64,000 nucleotides of DNA, from assembly GCF_035084215.1 (NCBI RefSeq), contig NC_090357.1, positions 19,034,001 through 19,098,000 of the forward strand, read 5' to 3'. How positions within the stretch are numbered: position 1 is the stretch's first letter; every line of letters begins with the position of its first letter. The position numbers and the translations under genes were made by a program. Shown piece by piece: positions 1-13,500 of the stretch. The notes beneath the pieces were generated by a model, which did not search any database, had not been told where the DNA came from, and saw only the letters and a list, made by a program, of their open reading frames with translations. The DNA comes from Heptranchias perlo. Taxonomy: Eukaryota.

Positions 1-160
1 ACTAGAAAATGCTGGAAACACTCATCAGGTCAGGCAGCATCAGTGGAGAGAGGAAGGTAGGGTTAATGTTTCAGGTCAATGACTGTTTGCCAGAACCTTC
101 CTCTCTTCACCGATACTGCCTGACCTGCTGAGTGTTTCCATTTCAGATTTCCAGCATTTG
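1..160. mobile_element. Decayed Penelope-associated short foldback repeat
   Basis: aaatgctggaaacactca.caggtcaggcag at the start is inverted at 116-158 (ctgcctgacctgctgagtgtttcca); degenerate hammerhead-like core; related copies near 24350-24465 and 61013-61095. Confidence 0.5.
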
Positions 161-216
161 CATTTTGTCTGATAAAGATGGGCCCATTTTGTATTCCTAT
201 TCCCATCTCTTTAATG

Positions 217-348
217 ATGTGGAGATGCCGGTGATGGACTGGGGTGTACAAATGTAAGGAATCTTACAACACCAGGTTATAGTCCAACAGTTTTATTTGA
301 AAATCACAAGCTTTCGGAGGCTTTCTCCTTCGTCAGGTGAGTCACTTA
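217..348 (-). mobile_element. Penelope-like terminal-repeat mini-element with 13-bp TSD
   Basis: Flanked by exact direct repeats CATCTCTTTAATG (204-216 and 349-361); near-identical to 63852-64000 and related to 62268-62412. Confidence 0.75.
304..340 (-). ncRNA. Minimal type I hammerhead ribozyme motif
   Basis: Minus strand UCAC-CUGACGA-A-GGAG-AAAGC-CUCC-GAAA-GCUU-GUGA: CUGANGA and GAAA cores, stem II GGAG/CUCC, stem I UCAC/GUGA, palindromic AAGCUU for stem III. Confidence 0.7.
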
Positions 349-913
349 CATCTCTTTAATGTGCTTTGCTGTGAGTTTCCTTAGGACAACAATCGAATGT
401 ACAGCCTGGCTGGGGTCCACAGAATTCTCACAACCAGAGGGGGGAAAGAACCTACTCCCCCACCCCCAGTTTCCAGCTACCATAACAGGCCTGAAAGCTT
501 ACAAGACTCATTTCCCTTTGTCTCCTTTTGTAGATAAGGGAGGGAGGAACATGTTTTTGCACCAGCAAAGCGTGCAAATAAGTTGATTTTCAACAAATAT
601 CAAAAGCAGATTGAGTCATTCACTGTTTTGAACTAAATATGATAATAGGCTTAAACCAAGATTGTGAGATTGCAAACTTATATAATTGTGAGAAACAAGG
701 TGTAGCAGAAACATCACTCTCAGATTGTGAAGGCAGAACTTTCCAGCTTTATCTGTGTCACCCACTGCATGCGAGGCCCTGCCAATGATGCTTGGCCTTG
801 GAAGGTTCTGCCCTGGGTCTCAGAATAGGCTACCTTGTAGTAGTAGAAAAATAATCCTCAGTGACATGTAATATATAACACTCTTATATTGAAACAGTTT
901 TATATTTTCTATC

Positions 914-3356
914 TTTTTTTTTATTCGTTCATGGGATGTGGGCATCACGAGCAAGGCCAGCATTTATTGCCCATCCCGAATTGCCCCTGAGAAGGTGGTG
1001 GTGAGCCGCCTTCTTGAACCACTGCAGTCCGTGTGGTGAAGGTTATCCCACAGTGCTGTTAGGTAGGGAGTTCCAGGATTTTGACCCAGCGACGATGAAG
1101 GAACGGCGATATATTTCCAAGTCGGGATGGTGTGTGATTTGGAGGGGAACGTAAGGTGGTGTTGTTCCCATGTGCCGACTGTCCTTGTCCTTCTAGGTGG
1201 TAGAGGTCGCGGGTTTGGGAGGTGCTGTCGAAGAAGCCTTGGCGAGTTGTTGCAGTGCATCCTGTGGATGGTACACACTGCAGCCACTGTGCGCCGGTGG
1301 TGAAGGGAGTGAATGTGTAGGGTGGTCGATGGGGTGCCAATCAAGCAGGCTGCTTTGTCCTGGATGGTGTCGAGCTTCTTGAGTGTTGTTGGAGCTGCAC
1401 TCATCCAGACAAGTGGAGAGTATTCCATCACACTCCTGACCTGTGCCTTGAAGATGGTGGAAAGGCTTTGGGGAGTCAGGAGGTGAGTCACTCACTGCAG
1501 AATACCCAGCCTCTGACCTGCTCTTGTAGGCACAGTATTTATGTGGCTGGTCCAATTAAGTTTCTGGTCAATGGCAACCCCTAGGATGTTGATGGTGGGG
1601 GATTTGGTGATGGTAATGTCGTTGAATGTCAAGGGGAGGTGGTTAGACTCGCTCTTGTTGGAGATGGTCATTGCCTGGCACTTGTCTGGCACGAATGTTA
1701 ATTGCCACTTATCAGCCCATGCCTGGATGCTGTCCTGGATCTTATGATGGAGGGAAGGTCATTCATAAAGCAGCTGAAGATGGTTGGGCCAAGGACACTA
1801 CCCTGAGGAACTCCTGCAGCAATGTCCTGGGGCTTCCTTTGTGGTAGGTATGTCTCCAGCCACTGGAGAGATTTCCCCCTGATTCCCATTGACTTCAATT
1901 TTACTAGGGCTCCTTGGTGCCACACTCGGTCAAATGCTGCCTTGAAGTCAAGGGCAGTCACTCTCACCTCACCTCTGGAATTTAACTCTTCTGTCCATGT
2001 TTGGACCAAGGCTGTAATGAGGTTTGGAGCCGAGTAGTCTTGGTGGAACCCAAACTGATCATTGGTGAGCAGGTTAATGGTGAGTAAGTGCCACTTGATA
2101 GCACTGTCGACGACACCTTCCATCACTTTGCTGATGATTGAGAGTAGACTGATGGGGCGGTAATTGGCTGGAATGGATTTGTCCTGCTTTTTGTGAACAG
2201 GACATACCTGAGCAATTTTCCACATTGTCGGGTAGATGCCAGTGTTGTAGCTGTACTGGAACAGTTTGGCTAGAGGCGCAGCTGGTTCTGGAGCACAGGT
2301 CTTCAGCACTACAGCCGGGATGTTGTCGGGGCCCATAGCCTTTGCTGTATCCAATGCACTCAGCCGTTTCTTGATATCATGTGGAGTGAATCGAATTGGC
2401 CGAAGACTGGCTTCTGTGATGGTGGAGATATCGGGAGGAGGCCGAGATGGATCATCCACTCGGCGCTTCTGGCTGAAGATGGTGGCAAACGCTTCAGCCT
2501 TGTCTTTTGCACTCACGTGCTGGGCTCTGCCATCATTGAGGGTGGGGATGTTTATAGATCCTCCACCTCTCGTAAGTTGTGTAATTCTCCACCAACATTC
2601 ACGACTGGATGTGGCAGGAGTGCAGAGCTTTGATCTGATCCGTTGGTTGTGGAATCACTTAGCTCTGTCTATAGCATGTTGCTTCCACTGTTTAGCATGC
2701 ATGTAGTGCTGTGTTGTAGCTTCACCAGGTTGGCACCTCATTTTTAGGTACTTCTGGTGCTGCTCCTGGCATGCTCTTCTACACTCCTCATTGAACCAGG
2801 GGTTGATCCCCTGGCTTGTTGGTAATGGTAGAGTGAGGAATATGCTGGGCCATGAGGTTACAGATTGTGCTGGAATGCAATTCTGCTGCTGCTGATGGCC
2901 CACAGCGCCTCATGGATGCCCAGTTTTGAGCTGCTAGTTCTGTTCTGAATCTATTCCATTTAGCACGGTGATAGTGCCACACAACACGTTGGATGGTGTC
3001 CTCAGTGTGAAGACGGGACTTCTTCACTCCTACCAATACTGTCATGGACAGATGCATCTGCGACAGGTAGATTGGTGAGGACGAGATCAAGTAGGTTTTT
3101 CCCTCGTGTTGGTTCACTCACCATCTGCCGCAGGCCCAGTCTGGCAGCTATGAACTTCAGGACTCGGCCAGCTCGGTTACAGTAGTGGTGCTACTGAGCC
3201 ACTCTTGGTGATGGACATTGAAATCCCCCACCCAGAGTACGTTCGGTGCCCTTGCTACCCTCAGTGCTTCCTCCAAGTGGTGCTCAACATGGAGGAGGAC
3301 TGATTCATCAGCTGAGGGAGGGTGGTAGGTGGTAATCAGCAGGAGGTTTCCTTGCC
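914..3356 (-). mobile_element. LINE family B (CR1/L2-group non-LTR), 5'-truncated, decayed
   Basis: Partial APE endonuclease (WVGDFNVHH) and RT ([26 protein letters not shown]) in broken ORFs; A-rich tail at 914-922; internal deletions near 1740 and 1832 relative to the 55776-58564 copy. Confidence 0.9.
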
Positions 3357-4543
3357 TTCCTCTGGTTTGAAACAGAATGAGTTTTTTTTCTCTAGAATAA
3401 AGATCAAGCAAATCTAAAAGAAGTGATTCTGGATGTTGGGGATAAAATTCACATTAACCACAGGTTACAAAGTTATTACTAAATTTCAAATATTAGGAAC
3501 GATAAGATGATTTGAGATAATTATGGAGAGTTCTATCCATGTCAGGACAAAATGTTATTGAAAAGTTGACATTTGGTTCTGAAAGCACTAACATTTGATT
3601 CCACCGAAGCTAAAGACTAAATTTGAAAGCTTGCAAGACAAAATGATACTTGATGTTACCAAATTTCTATTGTGTAGGAAAAACTGTTCCATAAAACTGT
3701 AGGGTGATCTACTCTATGCCAAGGAGCATGGGTAAGAATTGTACACATTTGGATATTAGTGGATCTTACCGCAAGCACTACTGATTTAATAGAGTTTATG
3801 AGCTGAGGTTGGACAGGATAGATGTGTCAGTATCACATAGCCATGTAAACCATACTCTAATAAACTATCAGAGTAGGGCAAACACAAACCTATGACAAGA
3901 AGCAAAAGACTAAGGTCTCACAATAACAGACTATCAGACTAAAGGTTTTCCCTCCATGCCACATTCATGCACTTTGAGCATAAAATTTAAAAAACGGTTG
4001 ACTTGCAAATGTCTTGTATTCAATTCCTCTCCTCCCCTATATTCAGTTTCCAGTTGCAGACATACAACTATGAAGAAGCATCAAGTGGAAACAAAGCATC
4101 TCACTATACAGATGGAAGTGAAGTCCTGATCAAGGTCACAATTGGATTAACTCTGGAAGAAATTCAAGAGAACAGCAGCGCCCTTCCCCTACATGACTTT
4201 GAGGTATCAGATAGTATTAGAGCCAGTCACTGTCTACTGATGAGTCATGAACAACCCTATATATTTTCCCTAATCGTACATGAAGATAAGAAGCCTGACT
4301 GATTACAATTTCCTTTACTATCGGAATCTCTCTCTGAATACATTTCTTTCCCTCTCTGCAGGCCCAGTTGTAAAGAGAGACTTTTGGTCAGTGAAGTTGC
4401 ATCCAATGAAGCCATCCCCTCCTCAAGGAAGAGTCTGTGTGGTGAAAGGACTTCTATTCAGCAGAAAAGGGCACAATGCTTCACTGGGTATAGTTTTCCT
4501 GAGGGGACATTGACTTATGACTATCCCATGATGGCTGATGGAC

Positions 4544-7500
4544 TTAATATATGTGAAGGATAGATGAACAAGGAAGTTTGCAGTGGAATAACATTAATAC
4601 CTTGTGCTGTTGGTTGTATAATTGTCGCTTTGGATCATGAATGACAATGTCTGCATAGGACACTTCTTCATCTTCCTCTTCTGCATTGTTGTATTCATTA
4701 ATATAAGCTGATTCTGGGGATAAAAAGAACCATATAAAACAATCATCGCAGTCTTAAGATACGGAAGGGTTTTAAGTCGATGAAGTTTAACTTACTTGCA
4801 GGATTTGGAGTGCTTCGTAGATTCTTTCTCCTGACTTCTGCATATACTGTATCTGCAAATTGTAACAGAGTATCAAAATGAGAGAGGGAGAGAGAGAGAG
4901 ATTAAATTCCAAAACAATTATTTCCCTTCCCCATTTAAGTCTTTTTGCTGCCCTTTTTTAAAATTCATCTGTGCCATAGACAATTCGTCAAATGTTAGAA
5001 ATCAGCTGTTCCCATTCATCTGTCATTGCTGCTTTTCAGCTGGTTGATAAATTGGTAAATGCCACTCACAATCTCAGCAAATGCAAGTTACTCAAACTTC
5101 GCCAAGCTGGAACAAAAACTTGTAGGAGCAATGTTTTCATATAAGTAACACGATAAAAGGATTTGAAATAAGACAAAAGGACAAGACAGAAGGGGAGAAT
5201 TTTCCTCTGTGATCCTGCCCCAAAAATGGATGGGATTGTGGCAGAAATGGTGGGAAAAATGGTTTGTTGAGACTTACTGCTGCCTGATCGTGCCAACCAT
5301 GACCACTGCCTGCTCCTACCCTGTCCTTCGTGTGCAAATGGTGGTGGAGATGGTGGGAAGGGCAAGGACTAGGTCCTGGTCAATTTTCCATCTTTCCTCC
5401 TGTGTTACTGCTGCTTCTCAGGCCAGAAAATAACAGAGCTCTGGAAAGCGATGGTAACTGTCCTGAGGTGCTCCCATGAAGGGAGAGGGCCTTGTAGTGG
5501 CCTCCTCTCCCTCCATTCAGTCCCTAGTGACTTACCTGTTGAAGGCCCTGGTCTCTGCCGAGACCTTCAGAGGGTCTTTGTTTCAGATCTTCGGGGCGTT
5601 CATGCCCCCTTTGACGTCCCTCGTTGGATCTTCTAGTGCGGCAGCTGGAATTGCCTCCTTTGCACTGGAGGGTTCCCTCTTAATGGCGGGAATCTGCTGG
5701 GAGCCGGCCATGCATATTTAAATAGGTCATGGCTGGGATGGATACAGAGTGATGGGGAGATGTCCCACCTCATCAGAACTCCGCCCCAAAGTGGAGAACT
5801 CTTCCCAAAAAGAAAAAGATAACGACCCATGCTGAGGTATTGTTTCATAGGCAGTGGCAGGACTGGTAATTCCTCTAGTGCTCATTCTTAACCATCCTGA
5901 TATTTACAGATTACTCGTCATGTGTTCAACTGGATTTTCAAGTTAAAGGTTCACAGCTGAACCTGAACATTAAGTCAAGGGTAATTGCTCTATTGTTGGG
6001 CTCATAAAAGCTGAGCATGCATTTCTAGCAGTGGTCACTGGATAGTGCTTAGGAGCAGACACCTTGCTGATTCATTTCCTCTCCTTAGTGCAGTAAAGCT
6101 AACACCAGTTGTACATAAGAACATAAGAAATAGGAGCAGGAGTAGGCCATACGGCCCCTCGAGCCTGCTCCACCATTCAATTAAGATCATGGCTTATCTT
6201 TTAACTCAACTCCACTTTCCTGCCCTATCCCCATTTCCCTTGATTCCCTTAGAGTCCAAAAATTTATCGATCCGAGTCTTGAATATATCAACAACTGAGG
6301 GGTAGCATATTCCAAAGATTCACAACCCTCTGAGTAAAGACATTTTTCCTAATCTTGGTGCTAAGTGGCTGACCCCTTATCTTGAGATTATGTGCCCTAG
6401 TTCTAGACTCTCCAGCCAGGGGAAACAGCCTCTCAGCATCCACCCTGTCAAGCCCTCTAAGAATTTTACTTGTTTCAAAGAGATCACCTCTCATTCTTCT
6501 AAACTCCAGAGAAAATAGGCCCATTCTACTCAATTTTTCCTCATAGGACAACCCTCTCATCCCAGGAACCTTCGTTGCACCACCTCTAAGGCAAGTATGC
6601 CTTCCTCAAGTAAGGAGACCAAAACTGTACACAGTACTCCAGGTGTGGTCTCACCAGAGCCCTATATAATTGCAGCAAGACTTCCTTACTCTTATAATCC
6701 AACCCCCTTGCAATAAAGGCTAACATACCATTTGCCTTCCTAATTACTTGCTGTACCTGCATGTTAATTTTCTGTGATTCATATACAAGGACACCCAAAT
6801 CCCTCTGAATACCAACATTTCTTAGTCTCTCACCTTTAAAAAAATATTCTGCTTTTCTATTCTTCCTACCAAAGTGGATAATTTCACATTTCCCCACATT
6901 ATACTCCATCTGCCATCCTCTTGCCCACTCACTTAACCTGTCTATATCTGTTTGCAACCTTTTTGTGTCCTCCACACAGCTTACTTACTTGGATACATTA
7001 CACTCAGTCCCCTCATCTAAGTCACTGATATATATTGTAAACAACTGAGGCCCAAGCACTGATCCTTGTGGCGCACTACTAGTTACAGCCTGCCAACCCA
7101 AAAGTGACCCATTTATTCCTACTCTCTGTTTTCTGTCTGTTAACCAATCCTCAATCCATGCTAATACATCACCCCCAATCCCATGAGCCCTAATCTTATG
7201 TAACAACCTCTTGTGTGGCACCTTATCAAATATCTTTTGAAAATCCACTGGTTCCCCCTTATCTACCCTGCTAGTTACACTCTCAAAAAATTCTTAATAG
7301 ATTTGTCAAACACGATTTCCCTTTCATAAAACTATGTTGACTCTATCTAATCATATTATGATTTTCTAAGTACCCTGTTACTATGTCCTTAATAATAGAT
7401 TCAAGCATTTTCCCTACTACTGATGTCAGGCTAACTGGCCTATAGTTCCCTTATTTTCATTCCCTCCTTTCTTGAATAGCAGGTTTACATTTGCTACCTT

Positions 7501-10500
7501 CCGATCCATGGGGACCGTTCTAGAATCTAGGGAATTCTGGAAGATCAAAACCAATGCATCCACTATCTCTGCAGCCACCTCTTTAAAACTCTATGATGTA
7601 GGCCATCAGGTCCAGGGGATTTGTCGGCTTTTAATCCCATTAATTTCTCCAGTACTTTTTCTTTACTAATCTTAAATACTTTTAAGTTCTTTACTCTCAT
7701 TAGACCTTTGGTTCCCCACCATTTCCGATATGTTTTTTGTGTCTCCTACTGTGAAGACATATACAAAATATTTGTTTAACGTCTCTGCCATTTCCTTATT
7801 CCTCATTATAATTTCTCTTGTCTCTGCCTCTAAGGGACCCACGTTTACTTTTGCTAATCTCTTCGTTTTCACACACTTGTAGTAGCTCTTACAATCTGTT
7901 TTTGTATTTCTTGCTAGTTTACTCTCATATTCAATTTTCTCACTCTTTATCAATTTCTTGGTCATCCTTTGCTGCTTTCTAAAACCCTCCCAATCCTCAG
8001 GTTTACTATTCTTTTTAGCAACATTGTAAGCCTCTTCTTTTAATCTGATACTATCTTTAACTTCTCTAGTTACCACAGTTGGATCACTTTTCCCGTGGAA
8101 TTTTTATTCCGCATGGGAATGTATATTCATTGAGAATTGTGAATTATCTCTTTAAATGTTCGCCATTGCTTATCTACTGTCATATCTTCTAATCTAATTT
8201 CCCAATCTACCTTCGCCAACTCACCCCTCATACCTACATAATTGGCCTTGTTTAAATTTCAGACCCTAGTTTCGGACTTAACTGCATCACTCTCAAACTC
8301 AATATGAAATTCTATGATATTATGATCACTCTCCCCAGAGGATCCTTTATTATAAGACTACTAATTAACCCTGTCTCCACTGTGCAGCCCAGCTGAGAAC
8401 AGCCAATTCATCAAACGTGGGACTTTCCTGTCATGCTACAAGGTGCATTTAACTATAGATTCATTGAGCGAGAGTTCCAGCAAACAATTTTTGCAGCACT
8501 GACCACAATCAATAAATAGAAACCAAATATTTAGTGACTTAGGAACACATCCTTTTTAGCCTGAGTTTGCATGATTTAGTACAATTGCTTGGCTGTCAAT
8601 TTGCTGTAACATTTTAACCACATATGATTTTGGGAAATGAATGTTGCTCTGAATCCAGTATCAATGACGTACTCAAAACCGCTGTGTCTTAAGGTTGCTG
8701 AGGTTTGCCAATAGACTTAGGGACTTAACTTCCGAATATCTGAGTAATGCATCAGTTGCCCTGTTTTCATTGGTTGAAAGTTTTCAATGGTTGAAAGTCG
8801 AAAAGGCAGGTGGGTGCAATTTTGCTGCCGATAACTTCATGAAATACAAATCTGTCTGTGGGAATGAAAGATAACCACCCAATTACGATGCACAGTGAAA
8901 AGCCCTATTCACGCTTGTCAAGCAAGTATTGACATTTAACCTGAATAAATGTTAAATATTTTGTTCATCCAGCTGTGGAAAGCACAAACATTTTCCACAA
9001 TGACACAATAAAAACTTAGGAACAACCATTTCATTGACCAGGACATGAAAGTCATGATTGACAGTATATTTGGAAAGCATGGTGAACTTTTTGGTGCAGT
9101 GGAAGAGGGGCAGTCCACAAACTTGCATCAGACACAATCCATCACAGACCACTGAACTCAGGATGGAATACTGCAAAGACCTGGGAGGAAACCAGGAAGA
9201 AGTATCACAACTTAAAAAGGAGTATCATGTTATGACAAGGTTAATACTCTGTCTTAACATGAAGAACATATGAAGAAGGATGCAACAAGGTAAACAGTAC
9301 GATTTAAAATCATTGGCTGATGCAATCGTGTTGCACATGCCAGGACGATGAAGAGAATATGCTACTGGAATGAATTCAAATGACTGAAATCGCCCTGTCT
9401 GAATTTCCATTATGCTTAAAGGTCAAAGTTGCACACAATAGGAGACCAAGGAGCGGAATTAGGAAATGGTCTTTATAGCATATGAAGCTTTCATCAGTAT
9501 TTCAAGAAAATTATTCTCACTTTTCAGGTCCTCATGTTTGATGTAGATTTTCTGGTTGAAAAGTGGACAAGCAGGCAGCTAGCTTGCTTGCCTCTGCCAA
9601 TGGGAGCATGCAAACAGTTACTGAGAGATATACCAGAGCAGCCAATTGGTGGCATTCGTTCCAATTCTTTTCTTTCGCATTTATATAGCTTCTGTTCTGC
9701 TTTTTGGTGATGACCTAGTGTAAGAACAAACTCTGTGAAGATACAATCTCACCACATTCCTTGGCAGTGAAGTGGCACACCTGATACTGGAGGTACAACA
9801 TGATCATTCGATTATGGTTGCATTTTCTTAAAGAGCCCTCAGCAGTCCTTAAGTTATTATATTCGATCAACATACTACACCTCCATAGGAACGTAGGAAT
9901 TGCTAGACGAAAAAAGACCAAGGTCCATCTAGTTCGCCTTCTACCATCCTGGAATTGCATGATACAATGATAATGGAGTTGATGACTAATCATAGCAATC
10001 AACCTCTATCAATTAGTTGACAACAGGCCCAGATATGACACGACAAAAAACCCAGTGGTGGAGAGCATTGGGAACCAAAGTCACCTTTTTCCTCCCAAGC
10101 AATGCTGCACTTACCACAGGTCATGTCTCAAATTACTCATATACTGTAACCCAAAATGTTATTCTCTGAAAGAAATCTATCTAATTTGCATTTGAATGAA
10201 TCAATACTAACTGCTTCCACTGTCTCCCTGGGGAGCCTGTTCCTTGGACTGACCACTTGCTCACTGAAATATTGTTTCCCCAGATTAGTTTTGAATTTAC
10301 CCCCCTTCAAGCGCAGGCCACGTCCCTTGGTTCTACTGTCCTGGACAAGTTGAAATAGTTTGTCATGGTCCACCATTCTTTATAAACCCTTGTATTTATT
10401 GCTGTTTTGTCCCATGCATAAGTTCTGTTACAATGCCCACCTAACAGCTAGAATACACCAATATTTACAAATGGGGCCGTTTCTCTTGTTCCAATATTTT

Positions 10501-13500
10501 CTTTGGAAGATAACCTATGTAATTGAATAGATGGACATTGCAGAGCTTCCACATGGCATTTCCATAGTTTTGAGAATATATAGCATTATACCATTTTGTT
10601 GCATAGATGCTCCCTTACTGTACTTAATACACAAATATATACAATGTACCTACCCGGCTCACTGTTGCAATTTGCACTCCTGTCCATGGTTTCTGGACTT
10701 GAACAGACAAAATAAAACAAAATTAATGTGATACAAGATCCTAGAGTATTTCAGAACAGAACACTATCAGTTTCGTTCCAGTATCACTGGGTATAAGAAC
10801 TGGACACAGTTGTGGCCAATTTTAGCATATTAATATAACTTACATGATGGTGCATCGCAGCTTCAAGGGCATTTGTAAATCAGATGTTGTGTGGCTTGTA
10901 TTATCTAACCTACTATTGTAATGATGTGACTGGGTAGACTGTGTCGCAAATAAAGGGGACAGCCCTTCCAAGTTCACCTGTGTCTACTTTTTCCACTTAG
11001 ATTAGGTCAAAGCACAGTCATCCGTTTTTGCAAACAAGCATTTAAATATGTAGCATTTTATCATGACTGTGTCACTCCATTTCTGGTTCTATAAATGCAT
11101 CTATATCAAAAACATTTGGAAATAAAATCTCTTCTGAGGGGCTTGGAGCATAAGCGTGATTCCTATTTGTGTCAAGGTGGTACAGGTTATAATTTTAACA
11201 TATCAGCATTGTCAAAATAGAAACCTTTCCACCAGTGTTGAAAAAAATATAATCCTATAGGTCAACCCAGTGGATGATAACAGGGGAGGGGGAATACATT
11301 TAGTCCAATAAAAGATTACTGTTTACACGAGACACGTTTTTAGTTATAATTTCTCTATTAGTGAGTGTATAAAGCATCAGATGTCCTGATGTGTCAGTAC
11401 ATGATAAGAGGCTTGTTAGAGTGTTTATGTGGTTTCTCTATTAGTGAAGGAGTGATAGAAACTGCATGCAATGTAAAGATTGTGGTATATTGTAATGTGC
11501 CATAGTCAATTATCATGACATAGTTGGAATTTCTACAGTTGGAAACAGAGCGGCAAAAGAAGGCACATTAGAGGACATGTGCTTGAAATTTATAGATCTT
11601 TTGGGGAGGCCAGGATCCAGGATACAGTTCCTGCAAAGATGGGTTAAGAAGTGGTAGTATTTGAAGTATGCGAGGCCAAGCTCTCACTTTAGCCCAAAGG
11701 CACCCAGAACCACATTTCTGTCCGACACACCACTCTCATGTCATGTCGGTAGACTCCACAGAAGGCTTGAAGGAAGCAAAGAGAGACAGGTGGACTACCA
11801 GCGAACAGAAAAGAGAGGGAAGTTCAGAGACATATCCTCCAAATTACCAAATGCAGTAATAAGTGGGAAAGTGACCACAAAATCTTTCTTCATCTCTAAC
11901 AATGGTCATCAGTTCCATCCTATCTTGTCAGAATGGAGTGGCTGCAGCAAGACAGGGACAGTTCTACACACTTTCTGGACAGTGATCTGAGGCGCCACAA
12001 AAGCCAACACCTGAATCTCTCAGACTCAGTCACCTGCTTGTTGGCTATCTTTGAAGGCATTGAGGATGCTGTGCAAGATAGTTTTCACTGCAAGCAGCAA
12101 GAAGATGCAACCACACTGTGGTGAAGTACTACACCACAAAAATGCAGGTAAAGGAACTACAGGACATATACCGGTCATAGCAAGTGATATCTGGCTTCCT
12201 CCTAAGACTGAAAAACTATCACATTCCTACGCCTTCCCCCACCCCCGCCCCCCATAAATACTACAGCAGTTCCCTACAGGAGAATTTCCAAGTTGACATG
12301 AGGAGGTGGGAGTGTTTATTCTGACAATCCCAACCACCACAAATCTGGCAAACCAGCCCAACTGCACTGGCAGACAGGATTGGGCAATCCCAGCTACCAC
12401 CACTAACAAAGCACCTTGGCCCTGAAATTCCATGGGCGTTCTCCCACTGTCTCATTGTGACTCTGGCAAGAAACCAATGGAACCCTCAGGGTAATGGCGT
12501 AAATCACCATTTGCAGCCACTTCCCTGGGAGTTGCGCCAGTCTCCTCTCGGAGGTAGGGCAGGAAACCAGGAGAACCTCGACAGAATGTCAGGCCCCTGA
12601 TCCTTAAGCATGTAGCGCTTCTATACTATTCCATCCAGCTTTGCTATACTAATCTATTTAGCACTTATTTTGTGTGTGCCCAAGGCATTTGTGCAACCAT
12701 GCCAGCAGTGTGGGGGCCGGCCTGGGCAAATTTCCAATCTAGGCCCCTCCCCATAATTTGTATGGGCTCCCATGCATGGAAAATGTGCACAGGGAGTCAA
12801 GCTTGGAAAGATGGTTGGAAAAGATCTGCTGCTCACCTTTCGGACGAGTTGAGAAGTGTTGCAGCTGGATGAAGGTGGTGGTACAGCAGACATTCTGAGA
12901 TATATGCAATGATGGTTATGATAATGACTTCTTAGAGTCCTATTGCAGGAGGCACAGAAAAGGAAAGTGGCTTTCTGTGGAGCATTGGTGAGGGTGAATT
13001 TGAAGTTGTGTTGCTGCCACCCAGCAAGTATTTGCTATGATCTTCATAGTGTGACTCCGTTTCAAAATCCTGGTAGCAGAGACTAAGTTTGTTAGTCAGC
13101 TGAATGATGCACTAAAGTTCTATGATCTAACTTGTCTTACAGGCCATTGCTAGGGGGTATGTACATACTGCTTTTATTTTCTTATAGGCTTTTCCTAAGC
13201 TGAGGAGGCCATAGGATGTGGCCATTCAGCCCCAAGCACTGCACTCCCTTTAATACTAGCACTCCAGTGCTTACAATTCATAATTTTGAGGAACATGTCC
13301 CAAGTAAAGCACAATTCACAAGTGAGGAGCAATTAGAAGTGGCAGGAGAGGAAGCTGAAAGATTTTGTAAGGCTGTGAGCAATTTTCCAACCACAAGGGC
13401 AAGGGATTCATATTTGCCGCCTCCTTTGAATCCATCTTGAGCAATCTGCAGCAGCTGTCAGAGAATATGCAACTGTGCACCTCTGACATGATTGTAGTGC

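Noticed and set aside
3360-4540. Final coding exon or poly(A) site of the receptor; plus-strand ORFs 4003..4302 and 4280..4513
   Set aside because: No convincing phase-0 acceptor with sensible coding found; ORFs lack recognisable features.
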